From the IMG/VR virus record IMGVR_UViG_3300033121_001394, positions 1 through 64,000 of that record: a stretch of DNA of 64,000 nt, one strand, 5' to 3'. A program made the position numbers and the translations under genes. Source of the stretch: a virus (Duplodnaviria; Caudoviricetes). Below, one piece after another: positions 58,975-64,000 of the stretch (the stretch's first letter is position 1; every line of letters begins with the position of its first letter). Under the pieces are notes generated by a model. It was not told the DNA's origin, did no database searches, and was given only the letters and a program-made list of their open reading frames with translations.

Positions 58975-60036
58975 TTATCTTCCTGCTATTTTTTGAGTTT
59001 CTAGTTGATTTCTACGCATCTGTAAATTTAACTTAGTATCAGGCATATATCCTTCTTTTAAGACTCCCCCCGATTCCTCAACGGCCCTATGCCGCTTTTC
59101 TAAATTCCTTTTCACGCTCGGACTATTTAACTCATACACTTTTTTAGCATCTTCTATACTATCTACTACAATACCCACTTCTTGCGAAGTGTTACCTTCT
59201 GGTAATTTTTTTTGCCCTTCTTTCCTCTTTATTTGCTGCTCCTTCATCCATTCATCAAATAAACTGTCGTCATTTACAATATCAGAAGAAGGGGCGTCAG
59301 TAGACTCAGCCGCATTATCATAGATAATAGACCAAGTTACAGCAATGCGTTGTAGGTCAGTTAAGTCAGAGGCGGGGCGATTAAAAAGGGCACCAGTCTT
59401 ATTTGAAGTAATCCATGAAGAACGCCAAGGTTCGTGGCGAACCATATAACGAATAACCTTTTCATTGATAGAGGTATTAAAATAAGAATTCATCATAAGA
59501 TGATTAATAAAAGAATCGGAGACTTCCATAAAATCATCCCAGTTCTTCCATAACCTTTTATTGTTCTTGTAAGTTAATAAATATATGTAATATTTGTGTT
59601 TTTCTAAATTGGCTAAATACTCAGTAGTTAAACTATAAAGATAGGACTTACGGCGATTTAGTAAACTCAATTTAAGATCAATGTTTTCAATCTTAGTTTT
59701 AAGATTCAATTTTAATTCACTACGAAATCGAAGTTCGGGAAACTGCTTTTCTAAATCGCCCTTTTCATTTACTAATTTTGCAATTTCCATTTCATTCTTT
59801 GGAAACCAGATTTTACGAGATTCCAAAAGAGTATTGATATCTTCTTGAGTAGGCACACCTTCTTTACGAAGTTTGGTATAGGTTTCTAGATATTTCCTAT
59901 ATCCTAGGATTCTATGTTTGGGGCGAGGGTCTTTAATAATATAGTATTCAGAATCGTACTCCACCAGAGAATATCCTGTGGATATGCGATCAAAAAGATT
60001 TTGTAATTCTTCTTGGGTTAAAATCCGTTCTGTCAT
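58975..60036 (-). CDS. Putative tail assembly protein
   Basis: Between tube and tape measure; PSSDIVNDDSLFDEWM motif. Confidence 0.45.
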   Translation of the reverse strand: MTERILTQEELQNLFDRISTGYSLVEYDSEYYIIKDPRPKHRILGYRKYLETYTKLRKEGVPTQEDINTLLESRKIWFPKNEMEIAKLVNEKGDLEKQFPELRFRSELKLNLKTKIENIDLKLSLLNRRKSYLYSLTTEYLANLEKHKYYIYLLTYKNNKRLWKNWDDFMEVSDSFINHLMMNSYFNTSINEKVIRYMVRHEPWRSSWITSNKTGALFNRPASDLTDLQRIAVTWSIIYDNAAESTDAPSSDIVNDDSLFDEWMKEQQIKRKEGQKKLPEGNTSQEVGIVVDSIEDAKKVYELNSPSVKRNLEKRHRAVEESGGVLKEGYMPDTKLNLQMRRNQLETQKIAGR

Positions 60037-60040
60037 CCTA

Positions 60041-60067
60041 AAAATTAGTCTGACATTTCAGTCAGAC
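60041..60067 (-). terminator. Hairpin / weak terminator after the tail tube gene
   Basis: GTCTGAC-TGAAAT-GTCAGAC followed by TAATTTTT. Confidence 0.55.
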
Positions 60068-60078
60068 CAATCGAAGAT

Positions 60079-61152
60079 TTAGAGGCCAGCAGGGTCTTTC
60101 GCAGTAAAGCGAACAGTCATGTCATTAAAGTTAGAGTAATTATAAGTTAAAGTTACGTTACCACCACCAGTGTCACCACCGTTTGTCTGAACGTTCTGTA
60201 ACTTATTCTTAACACCAAGGTCAAGGGTCACACCTTGAGTTAAGGCAATATAGATTCGTTCGTCTACAAGGTTATCTGCCGTTGAAGATGCGTTAGTACG
60301 ATCGCCATATTCATCAGCCGTTACTTCGATTGAACAAGTAACTTCAGTTGGGAAGTTGGCGTAACGGAAGTAGGGGCCTTTACGACCCAGTTCAAAGAGG
60401 TCGGTTCTACCAAGGTTACAGCCAATATTAATGCTCTGGATGTGGGCTGAGAATGAGCCGTCAGCATAAACTTGAACTTTACCACTTAAGTTATTACCAG
60501 AAATACCGGGAATACCAAGGGGGAAGTAAGAATTAGCAATATCAACGTTTTCACGACGTTGAACACCACCAGAAGGAACACCAGTGACAGGAGATTCAGA
60601 ACCAGCAAAAAGAGTACCAGAAGTCCATAAGTTACCTGAAGGAGCATTATACCAAGTTTTATCATTCGCAACAAGAGTAATGCTCTCAGTCATATTTCCT
60701 TCAACAGGAATAGCCCAGTTAATTGCCGAAACATATAAACCAGACATCACCATAATGCTTAAAGGAACACCGCTGGAGAATTCTTGGGAAATATTATAGT
60801 AGGCAACGGCAGCCATACAACGATTGCTATTATAGCGACCTGCTAAAGTTGCATTTGTTGCTGTTGGGGTAGCCAAGTGTTCCAAAAGAGCATAACCATC
60901 AATAACCTTTGAAACATTTAATTCAACACTGGGTAAGTTCTCAATATTTTCATAAATTGAAATCTGACCTAATTCATAAACTTGTTCAAGATTAAAAGAT
61001 GTATTAAAACCTACAGACTGAACACCTTTTGCAGCGGTGTAACGGCCAGTAGGAGCGTTAACACCAGTTCCAATAGGAGTGCCTAAAGGAGCAAACCCAA
61101 TCGCATGGATAGGGTAATAAACTCTGGCGTTGGATGGATTTGTCAATGACAT
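60079..61152 (-). CDS. Major tail tube protein
   Basis: GVQSVG..TSFNLEQVYELGQI.IYEN; own promoter motif and GAGG SD; position after the tail terminator. Confidence 0.75.
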   Translation of the reverse strand: MSLTNPSNARVYYPIHAIGFAPLGTPIGTGVNAPTGRYTAAKGVQSVGFNTSFNLEQVYELGQISIYENIENLPSVELNVSKVIDGYALLEHLATPTATNATLAGRYNSNRCMAAVAYYNISQEFSSGVPLSIMVMSGLYVSAINWAIPVEGNMTESITLVANDKTWYNAPSGNLWTSGTLFAGSESPVTGVPSGGVQRRENVDIANSYFPLGIPGISGNNLSGKVQVYADGSFSAHIQSINIGCNLGRTDLFELGRKGPYFRYANFPTEVTCSIEVTADEYGDRTNASSTADNLVDERIYIALTQGVTLDLGVKNKLQNVQTNGGDTGGGNVTLTYNYSNFNDMTVRFTAKDPAGL

Positions 61153-61177
61153 AATTACCTCGCATTAAATACGAAAT

Positions 61178-61190
61178 AATATACACTTTT
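61178..61190 (-). promoter_or_regulatory. Putative late promoter motif AAAAGTGTATATT
   Basis: Intergenic; G is 34 nt before the tube ATG. Confidence 0.65.
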
Positions 61191-61211
61191 ATAGATGAAA
61201 GGGAATTAAAA

Positions 61212-62144
61212 TTAATAAGGGGTAACTACTAATTCTAAGCCAATAGATACTTTAGAAGCCTTAACTGGTAAAGTTGGACGATTGATTTTATACGTCTTAG
61301 CATTTTCCATAAAACGTGCTGAGTAATTTAATGGATAACCACTAATTACATTGGGCCAGAACATTGTGCCCGAACTAATCTCTCCTCTATAATTTAATGG
61401 TTTTGGATAATTTTTAGCATCAAAAAAAGGAATAGTCTTAGTTTCTAAAAATTGACAAATATCTGTCAATTTATCTCTTTCATAATCATTAGCAGCTAAA
61501 ATATTAAAATCAATATTGCAATTTAATACTTTACTTCTCCCGCCCAATTCCCATCCTTGAATGGTAGTAAGTTTAGTAGGAGTAACAACAATACAAGGAA
61601 GGAAAGCTTTCTCATAAGCTCCATAATCTAATCCAGAACCGCCAGTAGAATTTAACCAATCATAACTTAATTTGCGATATTCATAACTACGATCAGTATA
61701 AATTTGAACCCAACGTAAAGTATGGGGAACTTTAACAATATAACTACTAGGTAGTGGATTATTAAAAACAACATGTCCACGGGCAAAATCTATATAGTAA
61801 CCAGTTCCTAAAACAGTACTGCCCGTAGGATAATAGGTATTGTTGACATAAATACCAGAAATGCGAACTGGTTGGTCAACTCCTGTTGGTTTTAAAACAA
61901 TATTATTTTCCCACACCCAATCGTGTTTTCGGCCCTTATAGATAGTATAATCCGTAGTTCCGGGCACCGAAAGGGGCGTAAGTAAACTCATATCATTACC
62001 CCTACTATCCAATTCTTGATATCCTATATTAACATAGGCACCAATTTGTAAAAAACCATATCGTAGAAATTGAACAATATTATCCAAGATAATATCTTGA
62101 ATAGACATTTCGCCGTAATGATTAATTCCATCTAAATTAAACAT
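61212..62144 (-). CDS. Putative tail terminator protein
   Basis: Upstream of the tube; LPCIVV..FNILA..ERDKLTD pattern. Confidence 0.5.
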   Translation of the reverse strand: MFNLDGINHYGEMSIQDIILDNIVQFLRYGFLQIGAYVNIGYQELDSRGNDMSLLTPLSVPGTTDYTIYKGRKHDWVWENNIVLKPTGVDQPVRISGIYVNNTYYPTGSTVLGTGYYIDFARGHVVFNNPLPSSYIVKVPHTLRWVQIYTDRSYEYRKLSYDWLNSTGGSGLDYGAYEKAFLPCIVVTPTKLTTIQGWELGGRSKVLNCNIDFNILAANDYERDKLTDICQFLETKTIPFFDAKNYPKPLNYRGEISSGTMFWPNVISGYPLNYSARFMENAKTYKINRPTLPVKASKVSIGLELVVTPY

Positions 62145-62805
62145 AAATATTACGCATTTTTTCGGTAACTAAATCTTCTACTTCATTTAACCAAATTGGA
62201 TCTTGCACCATATCAACAATAAAATTTACACCTGTTTCGGAAAAATTATTATAATCTTCCGTAGACCAATCGACAATATTAGCACTCATAAGGGCACGAC
62301 CTGATCGAGAAGAAGCGTTATCTTTTAATTTATCTTCATGGTATAAAATACCAACATCAAGATTTACACCATTTATTAACCATTCTAACCAATAAACAGT
62401 GCCGTTAGTGGAATCATATTCTTTATCATCTACAGCATTTAATAAAAATTCCCCCAAGTCTTTAGATTGGAAACGAAAACGAAAAATAGTACGATCTTTT
62501 CTAAACGGACCAATTTCTATTGCTTCTTGTAAAACATTAGAAATATTATTATAATGGGCTATACCTTCTCCATCTCTAAAACCAAATTGGGCTAAAATAT
62601 CATCTCCAATATTAGTAAAATGCCCTTGTAAACCTTTACCTACAATTGTTCTTTCAAAAGCCCGAACAAAAGCTTGAGAAATTTGGGGTTTTACATCAGT
62701 AATTACTTTGCGTAAAGTTTTAGAAAGATTACTATCAGCAACCGCCAGTTTAAGTTTGTCGGCAACTGTATTAATATTTAAAAATTTTACACTTACGCTA
62801 CTCAT
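62137..62805 (-). CDS. Putative neck / tail-completion protein
   Basis: Position in the head-tail joining cluster; YWLEWL motif. Confidence 0.45.
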   Translation of the reverse strand: MSSVSVKFLNINTVADKLKLAVADSNLSKTLRKVITDVKPQISQAFVRAFERTIVGKGLQGHFTNIGDDILAQFGFRDGEGIAHYNNISNVLQEAIEIGPFRKDRTIFRFRFQSKDLGEFLLNAVDDKEYDSTNGTVYWLEWLINGVNLDVGILYHEDKLKDNASSRSGRALMSANIVDWSTEDYNNFSETGVNFIVDMVQDPIWLNEVEDLVTEKMRNIYV

Positions 62806-63277
62806 CTACAATCTCCCAAAAAGAGATAAGATAAATTTTACTAAATAAACCGTAGGGAATTGGCTCTTGAATTAATTTGCATTTATAGCCATTAATAATG
62901 GCATAAGAACATTTAAGAATCATATTCTTATATTCTGCATAACAATTCATTTTACAAAGATTTTTGTTATCTTTGATATTAATAACTTTTAAATCTTTAT
63001 CTGATGCAACATTTTTCCAATAAATTCTGGCTTTTACTGTAGTTTCGTTTGATCCCTGCGTATAATTTACGCCACCCTCGTTAGAATGCCCCATAAGGTC
63101 TTTCAAGTTTACCCTGCCCCCAAACATGTCCTCGTTGAAGGGACGCTCTACAATGCCCGTAGGCGTCAAATTATAATTAGGATGCACAAAGGTAACTGAA
63201 GTATTGTTAACATCAGTTATAAACTGATTGGTTAATTCTTCATATTTAATTTGTAAATTAGTATATGGAATTGCCAT
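62798..63277 (-). CDS. Putative head-closure protein
   Basis: Position; beta-rich; P.PYGL motif. Confidence 0.45.
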   Translation of the reverse strand: MAIPYTNLQIKYEELTNQFITDVNNTSVTFVHPNYNLTPTGIVERPFNEDMFGGRVNLKDLMGHSNEGGVNYTQGSNETTVKARIYWKNVASDKDLKVINIKDNKNLCKMNCYAEYKNMILKCSYAIINGYKCKLIQEPIPYGLFSKIYLISFWEIVDE

Positions 63278-63774
63278 TATATACTCCGATTGTTAGTATA
63301 GTATGGAATACTATCTCTAGACGTATATGGGGCAAGAATGGCTTCGCCAGAAGTTTGATTCCCTCTTGTAAAATCTAATTCTGCCTGAGTATAAATATTT
63401 TTAAATAATTCGGCTTTGGTTTTAGCAGCATTAACTGCTGAAGTTGTATCTATTGTAGAACGATCATCAGTTACTTTAAAACCAGCCGTTGCAAGTAATG
63501 TTTTAATCTCGGCTCTAGTTATTATTTCTGCTGCTTTTAATACAAATAAATTAGATACACCAGCATTAGAACCATCGGTAGTAGGATCGGGACTTATAGT
63601 GCCACTAGCAGTATTAATAGTATAATCTGAAATCCATGTCCGTAATGATTCATTAACTTGAATAGCTCCAAGAGTAATAAACTTAATAAGTTGGGCGTCT
63701 GTCCAAGTAGGAGAAACGTCCAAATCATCAATATAGTAACGTAAACGTTCTACAAGAACAGTTTCCCACGCCAT
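63277..63774 (-). CDS. Head-to-tail adaptor/connector protein
   Basis: LRYYIDD..WTDAQL..FI helical connector signature. Confidence 0.6.
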   Translation of the reverse strand: MAWETVLVERLRYYIDDLDVSPTWTDAQLIKFITLGAIQVNESLRTWISDYTINTASGTISPDPTTDGSNAGVSNLFVLKAAEIITRAEIKTLLATAGFKVTDDRSTIDTTSAVNAAKTKAELFKNIYTQAELDFTRGNQTSGEAILAPYTSRDSIPYYTNNRSI

Positions 63775-64000
63775 TACATTGTCCTATTATTATAGGCTGA
63801 AATACCAATAAAATCAAAATATGCATCTTCTGAAGTATTATTATCAGATAATAAAGTAAGATTACGAGTATCATATAACGTAATTGATTCGCCAGATGCT
63901 AAAGTTAAACATCCCGAACCACTAAAAGATTCTGCATCTGCACTATTATTATGATTAATATAAAAAGAAGCAGAACCCCGATTAATAATTGTACAAGAAG
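63774..64000 (-). CDS. Partial ORF (5' end outside the window)
   Basis: Open frame ...TIINRGSASFYIN...AYNNRTM*, TAATG-coupled to the adaptor gene. Confidence 0.6.
   Translation of the reverse strand, partial: SCTIINRGSASFYINHNNSADAESFSGSGCLTLASGESITLYDTRNLTLLSDNNTSEDAYFDFIGISAYNNRTM

Noticed and set aside
58746-60036. Lambda G/GT-type -1 frameshift in the tail chaperone region
   Set aside because: The junctions are ordinary coupled stop/start pairs with an SD, and no slippery heptamer was seen before the stops.
1-64000. Stop-codon reassignment (alternative genetic code)
   Set aside because: Code 11 ORFs tile both arms densely, with TGA/TAG/TAA acting as true stops in coupled junctions. The dnaE breaks involve inserted genes, not single in-frame stops.
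1-64000. tRNA, rRNA, CRISPR or long ncRNA genes
   Set aside because: Intergenic gaps are all under about 80 nt and show no cloverleaf or repeat arrays by eye.

Overview
This is 64 kb of a large, AT-rich, tailed dsDNA bacteriophage genome. It uses the standard genetic code and genes tile almost without gaps. I saw no rRNA, tRNA or CRISPR array. The + strand arm (1-38.9 kb) carries nucleotide metabolism, replication and recombination genes: an intein-containing class II ribonucleotide reductase, RecA, DnaB, DnaG, dNMP kinase, an IMPDH/GMP-reductase-family enzyme, RNase H, a PD-(D/E)XK nuclease, a DEDDh proofreading exonuclease, a sigma factor and a glycosyltransferase cluster. A small island of late/virion-type genes lies at 3.1-7.4 kb. 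The - strand arm (38.9-64 kb) is a head-tail joining and non-contractile tail module (adaptor, terminator, tube, chaperones, 1666-aa tape measure, hub/tip, fibres, Cys-rich proteins). The two arms converge on a bidirectional terminator. Most notable: (1) DNA polymerase III alpha (DnaE) is encoded as three separate, intein-free ORFs, and the second and third are each immediately preceded by a free-standing LAGLIDADG endonuclease; (2) a recurring promoter-like motif (A)AAGTG(T/A)ATA precedes late genes, sits 14 nt before a candidate ATG of each of the three + strand free-standing homing endonuclease genes (probably leaderless), and in one case points into a terminator stem; (3) a membrane-anchored PAS-sensor protein and a lipoprotein/3-TM fusion are candidate unconventional lysis components; (4) dnaQ apparently starts at ATT; (5) two very large Cys-rich ORFs overlap in different frames. 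All annotations come from motif recognition by eye; no database searches were run.
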